A stretch of 61,008 nucleotides of DNA, filler included, from Ionaspis alba (Eukaryota): the NCBI GenBank assembly GCA_964255285.1. It is 10 parts of 10 records of this genome, joined end to end, with 100 filler letters (N's around TTAATTAATTAA, not from the genome) between each part and the next. Parts side by side here need not be neighbours in the genome. Positions count along the whole stretch, not along the records: positions 36,771 to 42,764 come from CAXUUL010000963.1; positions 42,865 to 48,853 come from CAXUUL010000964.1; positions 48,954 to 54,931 come from CAXUUL010000965.1; 7 more parts are not named here. One strand, given 5' to 3'. Below, piece after piece: positions 41,232-52,987 of the stretch. Position numbers and translations under genes: made by a program. The notes under the pieces are model-generated. The model was not told where the DNA came from. It did not search any database and saw only the letters and a list, made by a program, of their open reading frames with translations. The number at the start of each line of letters is the position of its first letter. Positions within the stretch are counted from its first letter, which is position 1.

Positions 41232-42652
41232 AATAAAAGCTACCGTCCTCCGCGCTCCTCGACACCTTTTTGCCTTTTTCGGCCACAGTTGGTGCATTGC
41301 GACATCGTTTGTTTTGGGTCATTTGTCCCTTGCATGGGTCATGTGCGCTCAATATATCATCCGCCGCCCATCCGGTCAGCAAGAGGAGGATTCGGTACTA
41401 CCTTGTCAGCTTTGAGTAAGCGTTAGTGGGGGCGCCACACCCGCTTTTTTGGGATACACACTTTGGGAAAGCTGTTGACGCATGTGCTATTGCCGTTCGA
41501 GGTCGAGCTAGGGACGGAGCTTTCATATGAACTCGAATCTGTTACCATTACAAGGGAGGGAGTCTTTTCTCTTCCGTCGACTATCCTACTATTGAGCATC
41601 ATCGGCAACTCTCATCATCACTACAATCAACATGACCGCGAGCAAGTGGGCACTCAGCGAATGAAATATTCTGCATGTTGGGAATCTGTCTGTTTGTCGG
41701 TCTTGAGCGAATCATCAGCATACCATACCATACCGTATCAACAGCACAGCATCGGTCTTCTGAACTCGTTTGTTCCTTGTCACTGTCCTAATACCCATTC
41801 TGTTTTCTTCTTTTTCCTTCTTTTCGTTCCATCAAACATCTGCATGAGCGATAGGCGTATAACGAAATCAACTATTTGCATCGGTTTTTGGCGCGTATGG
41901 TTGAGCTTTTTCTACTTCATGAAGAGCAGGTGTGCACGGAAGTGGGAGTTGGGCCATAAAATCAGGGTGGCGAATGCGTATGGAGTGGGAGTGCGGTTCA
42001 TGATGGATTCAATGTGCTATTCGATAGAGAATTTATCCTAATACTTTAATACATAATATTATCTTTCAGTCGGTTTCACCCACTCCCTCTTACCCTCTTC
42101 AAACTGGGAACTTCAGGACCTAACATACTTGAAATACAAGACTATTCCCACACAGCCACTCCCCACCATACCATCACATCAAGTATTTCATGCACCCCAC
42201 AAAAGGCCATCTCCGATCCCAGGTCAGCAGATGCAAATGCTCACCCACACCCGCATACGAAATTCTCCGAGGAAACCTGTTTCCCTGCACACCACAAAGC
42301 TTGCCGCCCCAAAAATAAAGAAGCTTACCCGCACGGACCAAGGCAGCCCCTCGGATGGGAGAACCGAGGTCGATCATTATGGAGCCTGAGTCTAACGGCG
42401 GGGCAGGTTTGTGGTGGTGGTAGTAGTAGTAGTGCGGTACTCCAGTCTCCGTAGACCCGACGCCGAATGAACTCTCCTCCTTGGCGGCTAAGATATTGAA
42501 GCTGTGAATATACGTCTTATCCGTTGTTGTCACTGCTACTGCATCTACGCACATCTATACCAACATCCTACCCGCCAATCGATCTCTCGGTATATCTACC
42601 CCACCGAAGAAGGCTCCAACTCAATCCAAGAGCCTTCCATCCTACAACTAAA

Positions 42653-42764
42653 ATGTCCTCCTCCCCTCCTCCTCCATCCCCCCAAACCATCAAAAAGATC
42701 ACCCTCAAGAAAATCGACGGCAAGCCAGGCCAAGTCTGGTATCCGTACGCCCCCCTCCCCTTCC
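42653..42764 (+). CDS. Probable zinc-binding/quinone oxidoreductase (MDR family), first exon only
   Basis: MSSSPP...KITLKKIDGKPGQVWYP followed by a GTACGC donor. Resembles the recalled N-terminus (KKIDGKPGQVYYPL) of fungal MDR oxidoreductases; the contig then ends. Confidence 0.55.
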
Positions 42765-43600
42765 NNNNNNNNNNNNNNNNNNNNNNNNNNNNNNNNNNNN
42801 NNNNNNNNTTAATTAATTAANNNNNNNNNNNNNNNNNNNNNNNNNNNNNNNNNNNNNNNNNNNNGGGTTAGAGAGGAGAGGTGGGCGAGCGAGTAAGGAG
42901 GAGTGGGGAGCGTGCGATTGGTTGGTGGGCTGAGGTGGGAATGATGAGGTGAATTGGGTTCAACACCTGTGTATACAGCTGTGGAGTGTTTGCACGCTTG
43001 GGCCGGCGGAGGGGTGTGAAGAGATTTGCATTTGCATATGGTGGCGTTTTGTCTTCAACGACGATACCCCCAGGCTTTTGACCTTTTGGTGGTCACTAGG
43101 CACAGTTTTAGCTTTGCTTTTCATGAGAAATGGAACAATGTATCAAGTAGTGGTCCAAATTTGGTTTCTTTTGTGTGCCAGCTATGTTTCTGGGTTTTAA
43201 AGCAAGCAAGCGGTTAAGAGCATGCACGATCCTCCGGAGGTCTCCATCTCTCCACTTTAAGATCTCCTCTCCTTGCCAAGAAAATGGTTCCTTCATGTGC
43301 TTTGATCTTTCCGAATTGCTCGCTTGATTGCTCCAACAAATAACTCCGCCAGGTTGTGAGCAAGCGCTGTTGCAAGTTTCCCAAAACTCCAAGCTGTTGC
43401 CAAGCCAGATGCCGCGAGGCACTTCAAGCATAAGCCAGTAACGCCGGATTATTCAATATAAAATGCCGGAAGAGTGCAAAAAAATGGTCGAGCAAAAAGC
43501 CCTCATTGTCTAACGTACTGTGGGCAAATTTGTATCTTGATGGTGAGATCCATTGCTCCCGGTTCATCCAGACTTTTCGCCATCATGTGGGAGGAGGTGC

Positions 43601-44665
43601 TCAAGCTGTCGGAGATACATCGCTAGCTGTTCCATGCTTCTTCCCCAGACCACTCTTTAGTTGACGGCCTCCAACCCACCACCCCGCAGCTCGAATGATC
43701 TCCATCACAACCGCGATCTCCTCCGAGCTTCTGGGTGCATAGACAATGACGAATCCGTTGGGTACCCATTGTCCACGTCCCGCAAGCGGATGCCTTTCTC
43801 CCCAGCCATGAGTGATGACCAGGCCGGCGTCTTTGGGATGTAGAGTGAGATGAAGACTGCTGTCCGTCGTGTGCAGATGAGCTATTTCAGCAGCTATGGT
43901 GTTTTGAGCAGAACGGTGGTTCTTGCAATGTGTCAAATCGTTGCTTTGGGTGATGTCCTGGAGATAGTGATCCACCTGTTTCCCCTTCTGATTCTTGACC
44001 ACGAAAGGACTGAGAGCTGCAATGGAGGCTTGACGTGGGTTGGCTGGACGCGGCGGTGGGAGTTGAACATAGTTGTCGGGCGAGACCTTGACCATTGCCG
44101 GGCGTGGCGAGAAGAATAGAGCGAGATTGTGCCCTTCAAAGCAAGACGTTCCTGTAGCTAAAAGGCTGGAGTTGGCGTTCTTGAGGTCGTATATTGCTTG
44201 ACTCATGTTCTCTTGAATCTCTTTGGAACCTTTCTGACTGGTCTGCCGGTGAGGAGCAATCCCCGCCACGTTTGGTCGCTCGCCTCTTCTTGTGGGAAGG
44301 TCATGTAGAAAGCCTCTTGCAGGGTGTTCATACGGCGTCAGAATGGGAGGTACACGGCAATCGGACCGAGCAAAGAAGAATTTGAGAAAGGTTACCCAGA
44401 GGTAGCCATTGAAAGTGCTGGGTGTACCTCCAGGCCCAAGAGCAAGGAATGCATGGTAGTCCTTCTCCACAAGCCGATAGAAAGAGAAGACGATGGGAAT
44501 GAGAATTATGGAATACATCAAGTAGATCAGAGCCGAGCTTCCAGTGCTTATGGACCCTGAAAGCTCTCTGACTCCTTCACTATTCGACAAATGGCCCGTT
44601 CGAAAATTGGCTGAGCCAGCATTTTCGATGACAAGGCCCTTGAGCTGGGCTGACAACGCTGCCAT
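43601..44665 (-). CDS. Fungal luciferase (Luz)-family protein
   Basis: N-terminal TM, then DYHAFLALGPGGTPSTFNGY, LPTRRGERPNVAGIAPHRQ, SCFEGH, EIAHLH..DSSLHLTL, GWGERHPLAG, VYAPRSSEE. Confidence 0.85.
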   Translation of the reverse strand: MAALSAQLKGLVIENAGSANFRTGHLSNSEGVRELSGSISTGSSALIYLMYSIILIPIVFSFYRLVEKDYHAFLALGPGGTPSTFNGYLWVTFLKFFFARSDCRVPPILTPYEHPARGFLHDLPTRRGERPNVAGIAPHRQTSQKGSKEIQENMSQAIYDLKNANSSLLATGTSCFEGHNLALFFSPRPAMVKVSPDNYVQLPPPRPANPRQASIAALSPFVVKNQKGKQVDHYLQDITQSNDLTHCKNHRSAQNTIAAEIAHLHTTDSSLHLTLHPKDAGLVITHGWGERHPLAGRGQWVPNGFVIVYAPRSSEEIAVVMEIIRAAGWWVGGRQLKSGLGKKHGTASDVSPTA

Positions 44666-46558
44666 GGTGAGAGTGAGAAGTCAGTCCCTAAGATGAGGGA
44701 GAAAGACAAGTACCTAGTAGGCATGGTCAATCTTGTAGTTGGTATTGGTGTTGGGAAAGGGGTGTATCGCGCTTAGCTTGCATCAGAGTACTTTCTACGT
44801 ATGTGCCTATGGCCTTGTTAGACAACTCCAAAGATTGTGGAGGTACCTGAGGTGCTGTTCCAGAGGGGTAATTTCCCGTTTTTGAAGCTACTCCTGACAC
44901 AGAATCTCAGAGTGGACCAATTGATGTTTGATTGGGAGCAAAGAATGAAGTATTAGGTTCGAAGAGTGTTGTATGGTGGTTGAGCAAAGCGGAAGACAAA
45001 AGAGAAAGAGGCAGAAGACAGGATAGAAGCAGCTGCTTATCACCTTTGGGAATGCTGTCTGGTGGGGCAAAACGAGTGACAGCATGTGACGTGTGAGGTG
45101 CGGTGGTAGTGGGACCTGGCTTGCAACAATAGCGGGTGACGGAGGCCGGAAGGTCTTCCGGCCTGACAGGACTTGGCATTCCACCCACCAAAAGGAGGGA
45201 CGACCAAGCGCGGGGGGACTCCTCGCCTAAAAGCGTTCTCTATCGGCTCCCCGTTCTGGACCTCAAGTACCAAAATCAAAAAGGCGACTTGTTGATGCAC
45301 TGCAGGCATGCCTGAACACCGTGTAACCACTGATTCCAGCACTTCAAGTCTCGAAAAGTTATTGCGCAGTAGTTCCATCATGGTCTACGGCACGTTTCCC
45401 TTTCGACTGAATTCCCTCTTGGCGATACTCAAGCGGTGATTGCGACAAGTGAGGAGGTGGACCTGGTGACTGGTTGGAGTGGCGTTGTCCCATCTCCGAT
45501 CTGAATTATCCAGACTGTGAAGACTGCCCAAGGGATCCCAGCTCGTGAAAGTCCACGGCTCGCCAGGCAAGGTCGGCAAGCGCTATGGTAGATCTACTCT
45601 GCAGCGACTGTAGCTAACAGGGCAATAAAGCCGTGGCAAATCGCAACGAAGGACGATAGCCTTCAGCAGAACGATAGGTAATGTAAGGTGGAGCGCAAGA
45701 GCGAAAAACGAAGGGAGAAGTGCCAACGAATCAATACCCATCTGCTGACATCGTAAACTACATTGAGAAGTGGCGACAGATATGGAGTGAACAAGAATCG
45801 CATTTCCTTAGGATATAATGAGACAGGTAACATTGCGACCAAAGTGTGTTCTCAAAGGGGATGATTTTTTTAGATAAGAGCATCGTCGGAGCCTCATATG
45901 AATACTTGTGGTCTCTGCAGGTAGAATGCGGTTGCATACCAGCGCATATTGGTTTCGCATCCATGAATTTCGATGTTTTCAAGCGTGACTTCGTCTTCCG
46001 TCGGGAGCGAGGGAAGGAGCGCTGATGTGAGCCCTCCGGGAGACCGGTAGGGTTACATGGACCCCCTGGAGTCAAAGGAATCGTCGCTGCGGTTACGACC
46101 ACACACAAACATTAGTAAATCCTCGGTATGCCGAGCAAGAGATGCAATCCTCAATAGAACAGAATAATAATGATAACGAGCCTTCGGAGGATGTTTGTGG
46201 TCGCATAAAAGGAAAATCAAAGACGAAATCGAGTCTCAAAATGGTTAGGCTGACTGGACCTGCCGAGGCCAATCAGAACAGAAAGCCCCAGAGGCTTCGT
46301 CAACAAACTATCCTCGAGATCGGCCGGCAGAAATCAATAGATACTTTTCCTCTTCTTTGGCAAGATACACAGACCCAACCTTTCCCCTCAATTTGTACAT
46401 ATTCCTAGCTCACGCTCAACTGCACATGTCCTTTTCTAGCTTTGAGTTCTGAGACACTAAAACGACAAGACTCTGTCCCGTCCTCATCGGAGAGTGCATA
46501 AAACCCCGCCTCCCAATGAGCACACCACCACGGCAAGATCTCAATTGCTAGAAGTGGT

Positions 46559-48853
46559 ATGCGAGGCTACAAGCGACAGACTCTGGATGAGGCAGACGAT
46601 GACAGATACGATATGGGCAATGCGCCCGACCTCGAGAAACACGAGTTTGACACACGAGATTCCTCATTCGACTCGGACGAATACGCCAATACGTCCACTG
46701 GCTCGTCCAGAGAGACATCAGGATCACACCAGCCGATGATGCGTGCCTCTCCAGCCAGGAAGGCAAAGTCGCACTATCCATACAGGTTACCGAACCGAGT
46801 GGTGCGATGGCTATGCCTTGCTCTCATGTCCACGATCGTACTCTTCATACTGAGTCTGATTCGAGCGAGCTGGATATCGTCAAAACATGTGGAAATGGGC
46901 ATGATAGCGTCAGAACCCGCTCCGCTGCCGTGGGAGAGTTTCGAGTTCCTGAAGAGATATCATGGAGGTATCAGGACATTGGTGCCGTTCAAGACAAACA
47001 TACCAGAGTATCCTAGAAACGATGCTTCGTCACAGAGTGTCGAGATTGATGCGACAACCGAGTCGATGAAGTTCGAATCCGAACCGCTCTTCCCTCACCA
47101 CACTACCTCAGCCTACGAGAATGACCACGGCACAGTGCACGAGTGTTTCTTGGACGAAGACAAGAAGTTGCGAGTGCCTAATGTTCACGCATACCCGGCA
47201 ATTCCTCGTGGCTTGCCCGAGCCAGTGATGGGAACATATGAGACTGTTACTGCCAAGGAGCCGGCTTGTTTTGAACGCTATGGGAGGCTTGGACCTTACG
47301 GATTTGGATACAGTCTTAGAAAAGGTGGAATAGGAGCTGGTCTGACTGGGGAGAAAGAAGGATCGGAGAATGTCTGGAAAAAGAATTCAGAAATAGACTA
47401 TAGAGGAGTGGCGTGGAGCGATGTCCAAAAGCGATGCGCGACCAAGAACAAACACCGCTTTGGACCACCATCTGAAACCTTAGGGGATAGATTTCACGAT
47501 ATGGATGTAGACAAGAGGTCAAACAAGATTCAGGCGAGACGAGAGGAGTCAGCTGTTCATGCTGTACCCAAGAACATCACCGGAACGAAAACAGGCTCGA
47601 AACCTTTACCGCGAACAGCTTTCGTTATCAGGACCTGGTCCGATCTCCAGTATACTCAGGAAGACATACTCTATTTGCGATCTCTTATCGTAGAATTGGG
47701 GCTACAATCCGGCGGAGAATATGCCTTCCACTTCCTGATCCACGTCAAGGATGACAATGCTCCGATCTGGGCGGATACGGAGACCTATGATAAGGTATTG
47801 GCGGAGTCCCTACCCAAAGAATTCCAAGGCATGGGTACACTCTGGAGCGAAAGACAGATGAGTCTCATCTACGGTGGATTGGAAGAGACTTTCTACCGAG
47901 ACCTTCCAGTGCACGGAGTCTACCGAAGCACATTCTTACCCATGCAGTATTTTGCTCACAAACATGCCGAGTATGACTATTTCTGGAACTGGGAGATGGA
48001 TGTTCGGTATACTGGTCATTGGTACAATCTTATCGACAACGTCCAGAAATGGGCCAAGAAACAGCCTCGGAAGGGTCTCTGGGAGCGCAATGCACGATTC
48101 TACATTCCTTCCGAGCATGGCACTTGGGAAGACTTTAAGCAAATGGTCCGAGTGCAGAGCGAGATGAAACCTCAGAAGCCGAACAACTTGCCATTCGGAG
48201 GGAAAGTCAGGCCACCAAACCAGCAAGGTCCCAGCAATACTCCTTCAACCAGGCACGAAAAGCCCATCTGGGGACCTCACGGCCACAATGAAACAACCGC
48301 CTACAGCGACGACCCCAAACCGCAAACCCCCTACGAAAAAGACAAATACACCTGGGGCGTAGGCGAAGAAGCCGACCTCATAACCTTCAACCCGATGTTC
48401 GACCCCGACGGCACAACCTGGCTCCTCGCCGAAGACATCACAGGATACAACACCACTCTCGGCTCCCCTCCCCGCCGCGCAGCTATCATTACCGCCTCGC
48501 GCCTCTCCAAAAAACTCCTCAACACCATGCACAAAGAAGTCGCATTGCAGCGCCACGCCATGTTCTCCGAGATGTGGCCGGCGTCATGCGCGCTGCACCA
48601 CGGGCTCAAAGCCGTCTACGTGCCCCACCCCGTCTACATCGACCGCAAGTGGCCGACTGCCTACCTCGCGGGTGTGATGAACGGGGGCAAGAACGGGGCG
48701 AGTGGGGGCGCGAGGACGAGCGTGTTTGGGGAGAGGGAACATAATTTTCACGGGACCACGTGGTATTATAATTCGGGGTTTGCGCCCAATTTGTGGAGGA
48801 GGTGGTTGGGGTATCGGGTTGATAATGATGGCGGGGAGGAGGAGGAGGTGGCC
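46559..48853 (+). CDS. DUF3405-family type II membrane protein (3' truncated)
   Basis: Single N-terminal TM; CFERYGRLGPYGFG, RTAFVIRTW, YDYFWNWEMDVRYTGHWY, WGVGEEADLITFNP, SEMWPASCALHHGLKAVYVPHP. Confidence 0.88.
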
Positions 48854-48953
48854 NNNNNNNNNNNNNNNNNNNNNNNNNNNNNNNNNNNNNNNNNNNNTTA
48901 ATTAATTAANNNNNNNNNNNNNNNNNNNNNNNNNNNNNNNNNNNNNNNNNNNN

Positions 48954-49181
48954 AGGTCTGCTACAGCAAGGAAGCAAGGCGTGTCACCGCTACGAAATGT
49001 GGTACAAGCATACAGCGGAAGTGAGAGTGGCTTGATCGGTACCCAAGATCTCTTAGAACTGGATTTGGATCTACTCTTAGGCATGCCCGATGTGCGGCGG
49101 CCTCTCCAAGCAACCAATGTTTCCTTTGCTTTCGGCAATGAGGAGATCACAGACGAGGAGCTCTTGAGTTTGGACATATAA
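48954..49181 (+). CDS. Possible 3' end of an unidentified gene
   Basis: Open frame from the contig edge ending in an acidic tail (…LELDLDLLLGM…EEITDEELLSLDI*); no recognisable motif. Confidence 0.35.
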   Translation, partial: RSATARKQGVSPLRNVVQAYSGSESGLIGTQDLLELDLDLLLGMPDVRRPLQATNVSFAFGNEEITDEELLSLDI

Positions 49182-49881
49182 CTAGGACTATCCTCCATGA
49201 GTCAATGTACACAGAACATGGTGCTTGAGGCATACACGCCTCGCACCTGCTTCATGAACCGAGCGCATGGTTGTCAGCTGGCAATTGGGAAGCGAGGCGT
49301 TGGTATACGGGATCATGCACTGGGAGATGATGGCTACAAGCATTTTCGAATCATTGAAGCATGGACTGGAGCATAACTTGGCGTCCCGGGATCAAGCATT
49401 ATTGGAAAGTATTTTCAGAAGGAACATCTATTGCCTTTTCTGGTGCCTTGCATCCTAGATACCATATCAAAGCAGTCTTTCACAATTACGCTTATCAAAC
49501 TGTTCAGATCAACCCCGGCCTGAATCTAGCGATCCAATCGGTCTAGATACGTGAGTTTTTATGGCGTCAATCCACCAATTTCCAAAAGAAAACTGGCACC
49601 TAGTGTCGTGGCCCTCAATCCGTACTTGATGTAATTGCTCTTCACTATCAACTCGAACAACTGCAACGCATCTTTCTCGTCTCAAAAGCTGAGAGACAGA
49701 CTCAAGTTCATAAGCTTAGACAATGATAACAAATGCAACATGTCTAAGCCTCAGATGTCAATCTACTCGCACAGATGGAAAATACGATTTCCTTCGAGTA
49801 TTCTTGGTTTTATGCAGAAACGCTCCAGTGCCTCTCTATTCTCTTCTCGAAATTATTGCCATTCCCGAGGCCCATTCCTCC

Positions 49882-51710
49882 TTAATCATGCATTTCCCAC
49901 CACCATCGACTGACAGACCACATGTCATCCACCTCGGCATCTACAAAACCCCACCACTTCTCCAGAAACCATCTCTTGGCCTCCCAACTCCGCATATCCC
50001 ACGGACATCCCCCACCTCCTTTGAAACTTCCATGCACATTACCCCAACAAACTAGGCCATCGTTCATCAAATCCTGCAGTAGCTCCTCTTCCTCGAAAAG
50101 CCCGTTATCCGTTGTCGCGAGCTCTATCACCCAATTTCGAAACAACGGAAAGATTAGTAGGTCTAGGTAGGAGGCGTGAGGTCGCTGAAGCTGGATGCGC
50201 ATGGGACGCAAGTCACGCTTTATATTTGGGAATGCCAATGCAGATGCGATATGAGGCGGGGAGGAGGATTTGGGGAAGGAATCAGACGGTTGGTAGAATG
50301 GGGAAGGCATTGAGTTGAAATACATATCGGCTGTGATACCGAGTGTTTCGGCATTAGCAAGTGTAGCCGCTAGACAGGTCAACGCATGGAGCCGGAGGTG
50401 GTTCTTGTAAGGGCATGGAGGCTTGAAGAGTTCTTCGTCGCTTGAATTAGCAGCGGTTTCGAGGAGAGCCGTCGGCCACATTGTGGGCCGGCGAGGTGGA
50501 TGGGAAGGGATGATGGCTGAGACTTCAAGATTGGCCGGAGCAAAGTCAGCGCCTTCACCGGCAGTGAGGTCCGCGCCCGGACAATCAAGCTTTTCATCTG
50601 GGTCGAGAGTTTGGTGCGGCCATTTTGACGACGGCTCGGGCTTGGTTGTTCTAAAGGGTCCTGCGAAGGCCTCGGGTGGATGGCGTGGCTGGTTGATGCT
50701 GTTTAACTCACTGGAAATACCTCGAACGGGCATCGAATCAGCTGAAAAGTATCCAAGATCCGGTGACGTGCTTGTATCATGGGCAACTAGATCCAGGGAT
50801 GACAGATCAAATTGTCTCTGCCGATGTTGGCCGTCTTCTGGCAGGATTCGCGTGTCAGAATCATTTTCCGGTAAGTGCTGCCCTAGAAACTGCTGGAAAG
50901 CCCCTGGCTGTGAGAATTGAAATGCATCGTTTGAAAAAACGTCCTGCAACATTGGCGACACAGCTTGACTCGGTGCATATGCTGGACCACCGGAACTTCC
51001 CAAGTACGCTGTGGCATGGTTCGTGCTGGAGAATGAAGAACGAATACTCTCGGCAGATTGGCTTGAAAGCCATGGAATACCGCTTGACGTTGTATAGCCG
51101 GTCACATTCGAGCTATTTCGTGCTCGCTGCTGGATATTCGCGTCGAGCTGTGTCGTTTGGAATCCGGATAGGTTTTCATAGGAAACTAGGACAGGGAAAG
51201 GGTCGGAGGGAAGGGAGTGAGATCTGTTGCTGTGGATAGAAGATCGTTCAAGCTCAACGACGCCATCTTCATTTTCATTCGTGATAGATGGGCCCCTGTC
51301 CTCATTGATTTCTTGTGTAATAACTGTATTATGATCGCGGGTGTCCAAGGGAAGAGATGAGACCAATGACTCGAGTTTCTCTAGACGATGTTTTTGTTTC
51401 AATCCTGTACGAAGGTCAGCCCATCTCACTTTATAAAAAGTGCATTCCAATGCCATGCATCGAAACCGCGGCCACATAAGGCTTGGACGTGTAGCTTTGG
51501 CTGAAGGCTGACTACATGGAACAGATCGTGGAACTTACGGTAGTTCTTTTGCGCTTCGCGATTCTGAATCCTTCGTTTATCTGTGATCTTCCTCTTCCTG
51601 GGTTTCGGCGCGCCGTCGGACGGGTTGGTGTTGATGTTCTGCGCTCGGGCCTCATTCTTAAGCGTCGACGGGGTAACATTGGCACCTCCTTTGCTCCATT
51701 GGACAGACAT
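49882..51710 (-). CDS. bZIP transcription factor with C-terminal DUF3425 domain
   Basis: Basic region RKITDKRRIQNREAQKNYR, intron (~51538-51407), zipper LEKLESL; C-terminal DLRPMRIQLQRPHASYLDLLIFPLFR, GLVCWG, PWDMRSWEAKRWFLEKWW. Confidence 0.92.
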
Positions 51711-52987
51711 CTTAGCAGCTGCTCTGCGTGCGTGAGGAAAGACTTGAGCCAGCGGGAGAGAGCGAGGTCGTCTACTGATCTCTGCTTTCACTGGGGCTGT
51801 GACCGATAAATGATCATGCTCGGGAGGAGGTCCGTCTATCCTGCGCCGCCTGCGGCTGAGACCGAGGGCACTTAATATGGGTAAAGTTCATCCGATGCTG
51901 ACACTCAATCTCTCTTCCTAGGTAAAAATACAATATGCGCCAGACGATTACAGTAATGCACATGTCGCTCCGAAGTAGATGCTTCCGACCAGGATGAGAC
52001 CATTCTGCATGTCCAATTCTTCAGATCAAGACTAGATTACCCAGGAGTATTTGCTAGAGTAGAGCGCGTTTCTCTACTCTTTGTCAGACAATTCTATCGA
52101 TTCCGGCCCAATCATGGTCGGAATGATAGAACGAGGAATAGTGCTACAAGAACCTAACCTTGTGAGCTTCTTCGGCGTGCGCTTCTGGTCGGGAGCCATC
52201 GGCTTCATCGAGTTCATCCATTGAAGCAGCTAATACCGATCTTCCACGCCAATGACAACCTTGATAGCATGCTACACAAGAGGAGAGGGAAAGCCCACGG
52301 CGGGTATAGAGATTACTCTTTCTCGGCTGCGCCGGTAAAGTTCCAGGGCATATAGAATGATTTCCTTGTGCTGTCTCCCAGTACCTTTCCCTCATCGCGT
52401 ACGTTCACTAGCAATGCCTAGGAGTCCCACGACATGGATAGGCAGAACGCGCCAGTCAGATGTTGTTCTTCTCGTCGAGTAAGCTGCTGACGCTCTTTCC
52501 GGCGTGCCAATCCCACCAGAGCAGTCTGGCTCGTAGGGACTGACATTAGCACACGGCTCTGTTGCAACGCTCACAATCTCGATACACCAGAGCTTGGAAG
52601 GGTGGAAAAGCACTATTGTGCAGAAGGACTCCAGACTGTAGAGACGAAGAGTAGTTGAAGCTTCTGCGCACTTTAATTTCGAAATTCGGAGATGCTATGA
52701 GTGTGTTATGTAGTCTTCGTAGTCTTATAGTCTGTAAATGCCAAAACACCAACGAATTCGAGATCTCGCTTGTTCCTGGATGCCATCCGCACTATTTTCC
52801 CCGGATTTTCGGACCTGACGTGCATGATACGTCATTTGTTGTTCTAGATCTTTATGAGCTTGAATTATCCATTACTGTTGCAACACAGCACCTTGTGTCA
52901 CATACTTCATTCCCATCAACTACCGCAACAACGATCTGGTTCTGGTGACTTGGTTGACTTGCGTCACATACGAAACTACTCATCGTC

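Noticed and set aside
41463..42554. ORFs 41463-42041 (+) and 42174-42554 (-)
   Set aside because: Low-complexity UTR/intergenic composition, non-ATG starts, no motifs
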